A DNA stretch of 32,000 nt from Cylindrospermopsis raciborskii Cr2010 (GTDB lineage: Bacteria; Cyanobacteriota; Cyanobacteriia; Cyanobacteriales; Nostocaceae). Position numbers and translations under genes: made by a program. Within the stretch, counting starts at the first letter, position 1; each line of letters starts with the position of its first letter. Below the pieces are notes generated by a model. The model was not told where the DNA came from. It saw nothing but the letters and a program-made list of their open reading frames with translations, and ran no database searches. The stretch covers positions 900,001-932,000 of the forward strand of contig NZ_CP065936.1 in assembly GCF_003367075.2 (NCBI RefSeq), written 5' to 3'. Shown here piece after piece: positions 18,384-26,535 of this stretch.

Positions 18384-18399
18384 ATAGTTTAAAAACTAT
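18384..18399. promoter_or_regulatory. Candidate LysR-type (NdhR/CcmR-like) operator, ATAG-N8-CTAT
   Basis: ATAGTTTAAAAACTAT (extended palindrome CATAGTTT-AA-AAACTATG). It lies in the divergent intergenic region, 285 nt upstream of the cmpA ATG and 63 nt upstream of the recombinase-like gene. A TATTAT hexamer lies 19 nt downstream (18419-18424). Confidence 0.45.
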
Positions 18400-18683
18400 G
18401 AATACAATTATTTCCATCTATTATAGATATGAATCATAAGTTAGGAACAATGATAATCATCGGGTTAAAAATATAAATTTTTTCTTATATATCCAATCCA
18501 ATATTTGTGTGGAATTTGCTGTTGACTAGTGATCTATTTTTTTTAAAAACCTGTAGACTAAATTTCATTGGTTGAGAGCAAACACTTGATCCCATCCAAG
18601 ATAACTAATTGTTCAGGGGGGTATAGGGGTCAAGCAAGGACTAGAAACCAGATATTAACAACAAGAGATAAAGAGATAAACTG

Positions 18684-20051
18684 ATGTCCGGATTATGGAG
18701 TCAAACTTCCCGACGCAAATTTCTTACCACAGCAGGAATTGCCACGGGTGCAGTATTAATTAAAGGATGTTTAGGAAACCCACCAGAAAAGGGTGCGGGG
18801 TCCAGCTCCCAAAGTCAACAAGTAGAAGCAGCAAATTTAACACCAGAGATCACACCAGAAACCCCAAAAATTAAATTAGGATATATTCCCATTGTAGAAG
18901 CTGCACCACTAATTATCGCCCAGGAATTAGGGTTCTTTAAAAGATGGGGAATGACCGAAGTTGAACTTGCCAAACAAGCATCTTGGGGTTCCATGCGAGA
19001 CAACACGGAAATTGGGTCTGCAGGAGGAGGTGTAGACGGTGGCCAATATCAAATGCCCATGCCACACTTAATCACTGAGGGGCTAATTACAAAGGGAAAC
19101 GTAAAAATACCCATGTATCTACTAGCCCAATTGAACACGCAAGGTAATGGTATTGCAATTGCTAATAAGCATGCAGGCAAGCAAGTTCATCTTGACTTAT
19201 CTAAGGGGGGAAAGGCAGTTTTTGACAAATTAAAATCAACCCCATCACCTTTTACAGCGGCATTTACTTTTGGGAAAGTTAACCAGGAATTTTGGTTGCG
19301 CTACTGGTTAGCAGCGGGAGGGGTAAATCCTGACACTGATGTGAAATTGATTCCAGTACCTACTGCTCAAACGGTAGCCAATATGAGAACTGGAACTGTG
19401 GATGCTTTCAGTACAGGAGATCCTTGGCCTTATAGAATCGTCAAAGACAAAATAGGTTTTATCTCCGCGCTTACTGCCCAAATATGGAAAAATCATCCTG
19501 AAGAATACCTTGCAATCAGAGGAGAGTGGGTAGATGCTAACCCAAAAGCCACAAAGGCGATTTTAAAAGCAGTTATGGAGGCCCAGCAGTGGTTAGATAA
19601 GTTTGAAAACAGAGAAACTGCTGCCAACATTTTAGCCCCTCTCAAATACTTTAACCTATCACCCTCCTTCCTCACAGACCCCTTCCAGGGTAACTATGAT
19701 ATGGGAGATGGTCAACAAGTTAAAGATAAATCAATGGCGGTATTATATTGGAAGGATGAAAGAGGTAGTGTTTCCTATCCATATAAGAGTCATGACCTGT
19801 GGTTTTTAACTGAAAGTATTCGTTGGGGATTCCTACCAGCAGACTATCTAGAAAAATCAGAGGATCTGATCAACAGAGTTAACAAAGAAAATATATGGCG
19901 AGAAGCTGCTAAGGAATTGGGCATACCTGATACTGATATTCCTACTAGTACGTCCCGTGGGTTAGAAAAGTTCTTTGATGGTATTACATTTGATCCATCA
20001 GATCCTCGTGGGTACTTAAAGAGCTTGAAAATCAAAAAGGTAAATATTTGA
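18684..20051 (+). CDS. cmpA: Bicarbonate-binding lipoprotein CmpA of the BCT1 ABC transporter (NrtA/CmpA family)
   Basis: Tat-type signal SRRKFL plus lipobox LIKGC. Family blocks [58 protein letters not shown] and [19 protein letters not shown]. These match my memory of CmpA better than of NrtA. The paralogue call is not certain. Confidence 0.7.
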   Translation: MSGLWSQTSRRKFLTTAGIATGAVLIKGCLGNPPEKGAGSSSQSQQVEAANLTPEITPETPKIKLGYIPIVEAAPLIIAQELGFFKRWGMTEVELAKQASWGSMRDNTEIGSAGGGVDGGQYQMPMPHLITEGLITKGNVKIPMYLLAQLNTQGNGIAIANKHAGKQVHLDLSKGGKAVFDKLKSTPSPFTAAFTFGKVNQEFWLRYWLAAGGVNPDTDVKLIPVPTAQTVANMRTGTVDAFSTGDPWPYRIVKDKIGFISALTAQIWKNHPEEYLAIRGEWVDANPKATKAILKAVMEAQQWLDKFENRETAANILAPLKYFNLSPSFLTDPFQGNYDMGDGQQVKDKSMAVLYWKDERGSVSYPYKSHDLWFLTESIRWGFLPADYLEKSEDLINRVNKENIWREAAKELGIPDTDIPTSTSRGLEKFFDGITFDPSDPRGYLKSLKIKKVNI

Positions 20052-20128
20052 TTGCTTTGATCACTAGCTAAAATCTATAAACTACAAAAGGATACAAAGA
20101 TGACAACAGTAACCGCCAAACGTCGTAG

Positions 20129-20137
20129 CAATAATAA
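20129..20137. repeat. Target-site duplication, left copy (CAATAATAA)
   Basis: A perfect 9-bp direct repeat of 20894-20902. It directly abuts the left inverted repeat of the IS. Confidence 0.8.
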
Positions 20138-20893
20138 GGCGTTGCATAATAGAGGTATGAATTGAGGTAATCTACTGTGCATTGTCCAAACTGCGGGTCT
20201 TCCAAAATCAGAAAGAATGGCAAACGTCGAGGTAAACAAAATCACATTTGTGTTGATTGTGGTCGTCAATTTATCGATGTCTATAGTCCACCTAAAGGCT
20301 ATTCAGAAGAAGTTAAACAAAGTTGCCTGCGCTCTTATGTTAACGGTATGGGATTTAGAGCAATTGAACGCGATAAAGGCGTTCATCATACAACTATTAT
20401 TTACTGGCTAAAACAAATTGGTTCCATACTTCCAGATGCTCCACCAGTTGAGGAAACACCCTTGGTAGGTGAGCTTGATGAGTTGGAGACCTTTGTGGGA
20501 TCAAAAAAAAACAAAATATGGTTGTGGACAGCAGTAAATCACTTCCGTAAAAATATCCTGGCTTGGGTTGTGGGAGACCACAGCTCACAAGCATTTCAAC
20601 CTTTGTGGGACATCGTTAAACTCTGGCAATGCTTTTTTTATGTTACTGATGGGTGGAGGGTTTATCCGAGTTTTATTCAGCCAGAGGATCATATTGTGAG
20701 CAAAACATATATGACTAGGGTAGAGGGTGAAAATACACGTTTACGTCACTACTTAGCGCGACTACATAGAAAAACGCTATGCTATTCAAAATCTGTAGAT
20801 ATGCTTAGGTATTCAATTAAATTATTACTTCACTATTTAAAGTATGAAGTAATACCCGCGTTTAGTTGATTCATCCCGCAAATATGCAACGCC
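20138..20893 (+). mobile_element. IS1-family insertion sequence (756 bp, single transposase ORF)
   Basis: Terminal inverted repeats: GGCGTTGCATAATAGAGGTATGAAT on the left, and GGCGTTGCATATTTGCGGGATGAAT as the reverse complement of the right end. The 11 terminal bp are identical and about 21 of 25 match overall. 9-bp TSD. The size and TSD length fit IS1. Confidence 0.85.
20177..20869 (+). CDS. IS1-family transposase (unfused single ORF)
   Basis: A 230-aa ORF with a GTG start. N-terminal zinc finger CPNCGS...CVDCG. HTH-like segment GFRAIERDKGVHHTTIIYWLKQ. DDE-type core (LDELETFVGSKKNKIWLWTAV, YVTDGWRVY, EGENTRLRHYLARLHRKT). The stop lies inside the right IR. Confidence 0.9.
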   Translation: MHCPNCGSSKIRKNGKRRGKQNHICVDCGRQFIDVYSPPKGYSEEVKQSCLRSYVNGMGFRAIERDKGVHHTTIIYWLKQIGSILPDAPPVEETPLVGELDELETFVGSKKNKIWLWTAVNHFRKNILAWVVGDHSSQAFQPLWDIVKLWQCFFYVTDGWRVYPSFIQPEDHIVSKTYMTRVEGENTRLRHYLARLHRKTLCYSKSVDMLRYSIKLLLHYLKYEVIPAFS

Positions 20894-20902
20894 CAATAAT
20901 AA
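20894..20902. repeat. Target-site duplication, right copy (CAATAATAA)
   Basis: A perfect 9-bp direct repeat of 20129-20137. It directly abuts the right inverted repeat. Confidence 0.8.
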
Positions 20903-20942
20903 TAGTTCCGAGAATCTTATACTGGCATTTATCAATAAAAAA

Positions 20943-21704
20943 ATGCCAGAAATTATACCTCCGTTTATTGCCATAGTTGCCTTTTTGGTTGTTTGGCAGG
21001 TATTTTCCTTAGTAGGTGGTACGTTACCCGGACCAATTCAAGTAGTACAAGACACTTGGCAATTGATTATTTACCCATTTTATGATCGAGGTGGGATTGA
21101 CAAAGGTCTATTCTGGCAAGTTTTTGCCAGTTTACAAAGGGTGGCTATTAGTTACACATTAGCTGCTGTGGTAGGGATAGGTTTAGGAATTTTAATTGGT
21201 GTAAATACCACCATGTCCAAGGCCTTAGATCCCCTATTTCAATTGCTAAGAACCGTACCACCCTTAGCTTGGGTACCTATTTCTTTAGCTGCGTTAAGAC
21301 AGAATGAACCAGCGGCATTGTTCGTAATTTTTATCACCTCTCTTTGGCCGATTCTCATTAATACTGCTGTTGGTGTCAAAGAAATACCCGTGGATTATAA
21401 TAATGTGGCTAAGGTCTTACAACTTTCCCAAAAAGAGTATTTCTTCAACGTCTTGATTCCTGCAGCGTTACCCTACATTTTCACCGGGTTAAGAATTTCC
21501 ATTGGGTTAGCATGGTTGGCGATTATCGCAGCAGAAATTGTCATGTCCGGTATTGTTGGTATTGGGTTCTTTATTTGGGATGCTTATCAAGCTAACAAGG
21601 TGAGTGAAGTAATCTTAGCCCTGGTTTACATTGGGGTTGTGGGTTTACTGCTGGATAAATTCATGGCTTGGTTACAAACAAGAATTTTACCAGAACAAAA
21701 ATAG
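20943..21704 (+). CDS. cmpB: ABC transporter permease CmpB/NrtB; the remaining ORF downstream of the IS lacks the native first 26 codons
   Basis: A 253-aa polytopic permease with the binding-protein-dependent transport motif region (LDPLFQLLRTVPPLAWVPISLAAL). It starts at an internal Met with no visible RBS. Confidence 0.75.
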   Translation: MPEIIPPFIAIVAFLVVWQVFSLVGGTLPGPIQVVQDTWQLIIYPFYDRGGIDKGLFWQVFASLQRVAISYTLAAVVGIGLGILIGVNTTMSKALDPLFQLLRTVPPLAWVPISLAALRQNEPAALFVIFITSLWPILINTAVGVKEIPVDYNNVAKVLQLSQKEYFFNVLIPAALPYIFTGLRISIGLAWLAIIAAEIVMSGIVGIGFFIWDAYQANKVSEVILALVYIGVVGLLLDKFMAWLQTRILPEQK

Positions 21705-21754
21705 TTACTGCCTTTTTCTTACCCATTATTATCTACCATTCACAACCTAAACCT

Positions 21755-23758
21755 ATGTCTGTATTTGTTGCTGTTGATCAAATTGACAAAGTCTTTGAAC
21801 TAAGTAATGGCGGTCAATATATTGCCCTCAAAGGTATTGACCTACAAATTAAAAAGGGTGAATTTATTTCTCTCATTGGCCACTCCGGTTGTGGTAAATC
21901 CACCCTCCTCAATATGATTGCTGGACTGGATTTACCCACAGAGGGTTTAGTCACCCTAGAAGGACAGAGAATCAAAAAACCCGGTCCAGATAGAATGGTA
22001 GTATTTCAAAACTACTCTCTATTACCATGGCGAACTGTGAGAGAAAATATTGCCCTAGCAGTAGATTCCGTCCTAAGTGGAATGCCAGCGGGAGAACGTA
22101 AATCTGTAGTTGAAAGACATATAGATATGGTAGGTTTACGTCCCCATGCAGACAAACAACCATCCATGTTATCAGGTGGACAAAAACAAAGAGTAGCGAT
22201 CGCCCGGGCCTTAGCAATCCGTCCTAAATTATTACTACTAGACGAACCTTTTGGCGCATTAGATGCACTGACCAGGGGAAATTTGCAAGAACAATTAATG
22301 CAAATTTGTGAAGAGAATCAGGTAACTGCGGTAATGGTGACCCATGACGTGGATGAAGCTGTGTTATTATCAGATAGAATCGTCATGTTAACCAACGGAC
22401 CAGAGTCCAAAATTGGGGATATTTTAGAAGTAGATATTCCACGTCCTCGCAAACGGATGGAAGTAGTAGAGCATCCCAGTTACTACACCTTGCGTAGCGA
22501 GATGATTTACTTTCTCAACCAACAAAAAAGGATCAAGAAACTGCGGGCCAGAAAAACTCCCAATATTGCCCGCCATGGCTTAGAAAAAGTTAATTTGGAA
22601 GTTGGTTTTTTGCCAATTACAGCCTGCGCACCCTTGGCAATAGCCCAAGAAAAGGGTTTGTTTGCCAAACATGGTTTAGACGAAGTTCATTTGGTCAGAG
22701 AAAGTAATTGGCGAGGTATTGTTGACGGTATTAATGGCGGTTATTTAGATGCTGCTCAAATGCCATCAGGTATGCCCATGTGGTTATCTTTGGGGGGTAA
22801 TAAAAGTCAGCCCCTACCAATTGTCACCTCCTTAACCATGACCCGTAATGGTAATGCCATTACCCTAGCCAAAAGATTTTATGAACAGGGGATATATACT
22901 CTATCTGATTTCAAATCATATCTGTTACAAACCCGAGATCAGATGCACCGCATGGGGGTAGTACATCCAGCATCAATGCACAATTTACTGTTGCGTTATT
23001 GGTTAGCAGCAGGGGGAATTGATCCAGATGTGGATGTAGAGATGAAAAATATTCCCCCTGCACAAATGGTGGTGGATTTGAAGGCTAAAACTATTGATGG
23101 TTATTGTGTAGGGGAACCTTGGAATTATCGAGCTGCTGTGGAAGGTTCAGGTTTTACCATAGCCACAGATTTAGAAGTTTGGCTGGGACATCCCGGTAAG
23201 GTATTAGGTGTGAGAGAGGATTGGGCTAATGCTTATCCTAATAGCCATATTGCCTTAACCAAAGCCTTGTTGGAAGGGTGTAAATATTGTGCAGATCCTA
23301 ATAATGCACAAGAGGTGAGAGCAATATTAGCCAGTCGGGAATATGTGAACACTGATATGGATTTTATTCAGGTGGAAGATCCCAGTGGTAACACCTGCGA
23401 TTTAGACCATCCCATGCGTGAGTATGCCCACCATCAATTTTATGGTAACTCAGCAATTAATCGTCCTAGTAGGACTGAACAAACTTGGATTATGACCCAG
23501 CTGGCCAGATGGGGTGAAACTCCTTTTCCTCGCAACTGGGTAGAAATTGTGGAAAGGGTTTGTCGCGTGGGTGTATTTAGTACCGCCGCTAGGGAATTGG
23601 GTTTGGATATCAGTTATACTCGTCAACCCATTCAGTTATTTGATGGCAAACCTTTTAACGCTGATGATCCTTTTGCATATCTTAGCGCTTTAGAAATTAA
23701 ACGAGATTTTTCTGTCGCAGAAGTTGTTCTTGACATCAACAGAAAAATTGTAGCCTAG
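21755..23758 (+). CDS. cmpC: ABC ATPase CmpC/NrtC with a C-terminal CmpA-like solute-binding domain
   Basis: Walker A GHSGCGKST, signature LSGGQKQRV, Walker B LLLDEP. About 390 aa follow that are paralogous to the SBP ([24 protein letters not shown]). I chose the ATG at 21755 (MSVFVAVDQIDKVF), which avoids overlap with cmpB. Confidence 0.75.
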   Translation: MSVFVAVDQIDKVFELSNGGQYIALKGIDLQIKKGEFISLIGHSGCGKSTLLNMIAGLDLPTEGLVTLEGQRIKKPGPDRMVVFQNYSLLPWRTVRENIALAVDSVLSGMPAGERKSVVERHIDMVGLRPHADKQPSMLSGGQKQRVAIARALAIRPKLLLLDEPFGALDALTRGNLQEQLMQICEENQVTAVMVTHDVDEAVLLSDRIVMLTNGPESKIGDILEVDIPRPRKRMEVVEHPSYYTLRSEMIYFLNQQKRIKKLRARKTPNIARHGLEKVNLEVGFLPITACAPLAIAQEKGLFAKHGLDEVHLVRESNWRGIVDGINGGYLDAAQMPSGMPMWLSLGGNKSQPLPIVTSLTMTRNGNAITLAKRFYEQGIYTLSDFKSYLLQTRDQMHRMGVVHPASMHNLLLRYWLAAGGIDPDVDVEMKNIPPAQMVVDLKAKTIDGYCVGEPWNYRAAVEGSGFTIATDLEVWLGHPGKVLGVREDWANAYPNSHIALTKALLEGCKYCADPNNAQEVRAILASREYVNTDMDFIQVEDPSGNTCDLDHPMREYAHHQFYGNSAINRPSRTEQTWIMTQLARWGETPFPRNWVEIVERVCRVGVFSTAARELGLDISYTRQPIQLFDGKPFNADDPFAYLSALEIKRDFSVAEVVLDINRKIVA

Positions 23759-23793
23759 ACAGTTGTTCAACAATTTACCCCGGGAAAAATCAG

Positions 23794-24612
23794 ATGACAT
23801 CCTCTACTCAAGTCCGTAACCATCAATCCTTCCTCACAATTGAAAATGTCACTAAAATTTACCCGACTAAAAAAGGACCTTTTACTGTTTTAGATGGGAT
23901 AAATTTAGAGGTACAAAAGGGTGAGTTTATTTGTGTGATTGGCCACTCCGGGTGTGGTAAATCCACCCTATTAAATATGGTGTCTGGTTTTAACACTCCT
24001 ACCACGGGTCAGGTATTATTAGAAGGACAACCCATAGTTAAACCTGGTCCGGACCGGATGGTGGTATTCCAAAACTACGCCCTTCTACCTTGGCGAACCG
24101 CATTTGAGAATATTTATTTGGCTGTAAATGCGGTTTACCCAACTAAACCAGAAGCGGAAAAACGAGCCATTGTCCGGGAGCATTTAGTCATGGTGGGACT
24201 GTCTGATGCTATGGAGAAAAAACCCCCTCAAATGTCTGGAGGGATGAGACAGCGTGTTTCTATTGCTCGTGCCCTAGCTATTCGTCCCAAGGTTTTAATT
24301 TTAGATGAACCGTTTGGCGCTTTGGACGCTATCACCAAGGAAGAATTGCAGGAGGAGTTATTAAAAATCTGGAATGAAAACCGTTGTACTGTGTTAATGA
24401 TTACTCATGACATTGATGAGGCTTTATTTTTGGCTGATAAATTGGTCATGATGACTAATGGACCCCATGCCAAAATTGGGGAGGTGATGGAAATTCCTTT
24501 TGCACGACCACGTGAGCGGACTCTGATTATGGAAGATCCTCAATATTATCAATTGCGTAACTATGCTTTAGACTTCTTGTTTAATCGCTTTGCTCATGAT
24601 GATGTTGGTTAG
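23794..24612 (+). CDS. cmpD: ABC ATPase CmpD/NrtD
   Basis: Walker A GHSGCGKST, signature MSGGMRQRV, Walker B LILDEP. Clear paralogy with the N-terminal half of cmpC. Confidence 0.75.
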   Translation: MTSSTQVRNHQSFLTIENVTKIYPTKKGPFTVLDGINLEVQKGEFICVIGHSGCGKSTLLNMVSGFNTPTTGQVLLEGQPIVKPGPDRMVVFQNYALLPWRTAFENIYLAVNAVYPTKPEAEKRAIVREHLVMVGLSDAMEKKPPQMSGGMRQRVSIARALAIRPKVLILDEPFGALDAITKEELQEELLKIWNENRCTVLMITHDIDEALFLADKLVMMTNGPHAKIGEVMEIPFARPRERTLIMEDPQYYQLRNYALDFLFNRFAHDDVG

Positions 24613-24621
24613 GATGACAAT

Positions 24622-24640
24622 AGGCGAATCACATTCGCCT
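24622..24640 (+). terminator. Hairpin after cmpD (weak terminator candidate)
   Basis: An 8-bp stem AGGCGAAT / ATTCGCCT with a 3-nt loop, 10 nt after the stop. It has no U-tract, so it may only be a stabilising or partial terminator. Confidence 0.3.
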
Positions 24641-24671
24641 AATTGTACCCAACTAGGGATTCTCCTCAGCT

Positions 24672-24687
24672 ATAGGTTAATACCTAT
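24672..24687. promoter_or_regulatory. Candidate LysR-type (NdhR/CcmR-like) operator, ATAG-N8-CTAT
   Basis: ATAGGTTAATACCTAT, 125 nt upstream of the SulP/BicA-like ATG. A TATATT hexamer lies 16 nt downstream (24704-24709). It shares ATAGnTTAAnAnCTATG with the site at 18384. Confidence 0.45.
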
Positions 24688-24811
24688 GCAATTCATAAGA
24701 ATATATATTCAGTAAATTGTTTGCGTTGGTAAATTTTGGCTACCTAAGAAGAGTATGCTGATAGAGCAACCTAAGCATCGCTTAAACGCCATCTAAAACC
24801 AATTAACAAAC

Positions 24812-26458
24812 ATGGAAATAACTAATACTATTAACACGCGCAACTTACGGAGCGATATTTTTGGTGGTGTCACTGCGGCCATTGTCTCTTTACCACTGGC
24901 TTTAGCATTCGGTGTTGCTTCCGGTGCAGGTCCAGTTGCTGGTCTTTATGGTGCAGTTTGTGTGGGTTTTTTTGCTGCTTTATTTGGTGGAACACCCACA
25001 TTAATTTCCGAGCCCACTGGTCCCATGACTGTTGTAATTACTGGCATTATAAGTTCTTTAACAGCTATGGATCCAGAAAATGGCATGGCTATGGCTTTTA
25101 CCGTAGTTATGTTAGCGGGGATATTTCAAATCATATTTGGTATCTTCAAGCTGGGCAAATATATCACCCTCATGCCCTATAGTGTAATCTCTGGGTTCAT
25201 GTCGGGTATTGGTGTGATTTTAATTATTTTGCAAATCGCACCGTTTTTAGGGCAACCTAACCCAAAAGGGGGAGTTTTAGGAATAGTTCAAAATTTACCT
25301 CAGCTCCTAGAAAAGATTAATCCCATTGCCCTCATTTTGGGTGTAATGACTGTGGCAATTATTTATTTGACACCATCAAAGGTCAAACGCATTGTGCCAC
25401 CCCAATTAATTGCCCTAGTTTTAGGAACTATAGTTTCACTGGTCTTTTTTAGTAATGCGGATATCCCACGTATCGGTGTGATTGAAACTGGATTGCCAAA
25501 ACTGCAAATGCCAACTTTTACCCCCACTAGTGTAACGATTATGTTGGTTGATGGGGTTATGTTGGGAATGTTGGGATGTATTGATACCCTATTAACCGCA
25601 GTAATAGCTGATAGCTTAACTCGTACGGAACATAAATCTGACAAAGAGCTGATTGGACAGGGTATTGCCAATTTAGTTTCTGGTTTGTGTGGAGGTTTGC
25701 CCGGTGCTGGAGCGACCATGGGAACGGTAGTAAATATCCAAACCGGAGCACAGACGGCAATATCTGGAATCACCCGCGCTCTAATTTTGTTGGTAGTGGT
25801 TTTAGGTGCTGCCGGTGTTACTCAAAGTATTCCTATGGCTGTCTTAGCGGGAATTGCGCTGAAAGTGGGGATTGATATCCTAGATTGGAGTTTTTTAAAG
25901 CGATCTCACAAAGTTTCCTTCAAGGGTTCCATCATTATGTATGGTGTGTTACTCTTGACTGTTTTTGTAGATCTGATTGTAGCTGTGGGGATAGGTGTAT
26001 TTGTTGCTAACATCCTCACAATTGAGCGTTTGTCCAGCATGAGTTCTGAGAAAGTTAAGGCCATCAGTGACGCTGATGATGATATTGATTTAAACGAAGA
26101 AGAGAAAAGATTGCTCGACCAAGCTGGGGGTCGAATTTTGTTATTCTACTTAAGTGGTGCCATGATATTTGGCGTTTCCAAGGCCATCTCTCGTGAGCAT
26201 AATGCCATTCAAGACTGTGATGTGATTATTTTTGACCTCAGCGATGTTCCTATGATGGGTGTCACTGCTTCTTTAACTATCGAAAGTGCAATTCGGGAAG
26301 CAGTTGAAAAAGACCGACAAATTATTCTAGTTGGCATCACTGGTAAGGTTAAAAAGCGACTGGAAAATTTGGGAGTTCTAAGTTTATTACCCCCCCACCA
26401 TTTGGTGACAGAGCGCAAACAAGCTCTAGAACAAGCTATGACTTTAGTTAAAAGGTGA
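24812..26458 (+). CDS. bicA: SulP-family anion transporter with C-terminal STAS domain, BicA-like (Na+-dependent bicarbonate transporter)
   Basis: SulP blocks FGGVTAAIVSLPLALAFGVASGAG, FFAALFGGTPTLISEPTGPMTVV, ADSLTRTEHKSDKELIGQGIANL and GAGATMGTVVNIQTGA. The STAS tail is RILLFYLSGAMIFG...DLSDVPMMGVTA. There is high similarity to the Synechococcus PCC 7002 BicA sequence as I remember it. The family call is firm. The substrate call is an inference. Confidence 0.7.
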   Translation: MEITNTINTRNLRSDIFGGVTAAIVSLPLALAFGVASGAGPVAGLYGAVCVGFFAALFGGTPTLISEPTGPMTVVITGIISSLTAMDPENGMAMAFTVVMLAGIFQIIFGIFKLGKYITLMPYSVISGFMSGIGVILIILQIAPFLGQPNPKGGVLGIVQNLPQLLEKINPIALILGVMTVAIIYLTPSKVKRIVPPQLIALVLGTIVSLVFFSNADIPRIGVIETGLPKLQMPTFTPTSVTIMLVDGVMLGMLGCIDTLLTAVIADSLTRTEHKSDKELIGQGIANLVSGLCGGLPGAGATMGTVVNIQTGAQTAISGITRALILLVVVLGAAGVTQSIPMAVLAGIALKVGIDILDWSFLKRSHKVSFKGSIIMYGVLLLTVFVDLIVAVGIGVFVANILTIERLSSMSSEKVKAISDADDDIDLNEEEKRLLDQAGGRILLFYLSGAMIFGVSKAISREHNAIQDCDVIIFDLSDVPMMGVTASLTIESAIREAVEKDRQIILVGITGKVKKRLENLGVLSLLPPHHLVTERKQALEQAMTLVKR

Positions 26459-26475
26459 TAATCAAAGATTGATAG

Positions 26476-26519
26476 GGGGAATGAAGCAAATGTTATATTT
26501 GATCGTTCCCCGTTCTTTT
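26476..26519 (+). terminator. Possible terminator after the SulP gene (long imperfect hairpin plus T-run)
   Basis: GGGGAA...CAAAT-GTTAT-ATTTG...TTCCCC followed by GTTCTTTT. The loop and internal bulges are large. Confidence 0.3.
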
Positions 26520-26535
26520 ACCCAAACCCTGAACA

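Larger units (their letters stand above)
20100..21704 (+). pseudogene. cmpB: cmpB (BCT1 permease) interrupted in codon 13 by an IS1-family element
   Basis: The ATG at 20100 (AAAAGGA upstream) opens MTTVTAKRRSNN, then runs into the IS and stops at TGA 20163-20165. Removing 20138-20902 restores one 279-aa frame that continues into the 20943 ORF. Confidence 0.7.

Noticed and set aside
18552-18567. An NtcA-like site TGTA-N8-TTCA upstream of the SBP gene. I considered it because the operon could have been nrtABCD.
   Set aside because: The mismatch falls in the critical TAC half-site (GTA-N8-TAC is required). No -10 box sits at the proper ~22-nt distance. The operon looks like cmp rather than nrt.
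18322-18683. A search for CmpR-type TTA-N7/8-TAA sites in the cmpA upstream region.
   Set aside because: I found only off-spacing versions (TTA-N6-TAA at about 18466, TTA-N10-TAA at about 18442, TTA-N11-TAA at about 18655). In such AT-rich DNA these are expected by chance.
20075-20269. A 64-aa minus-strand ORF spanning the cmpB 5' fragment, the left IS inverted repeat and the transposase start.
   Set aside because: It crosses the IS/target junction antisense to both genes, so it cannot be an ancestral gene. I see no motifs.
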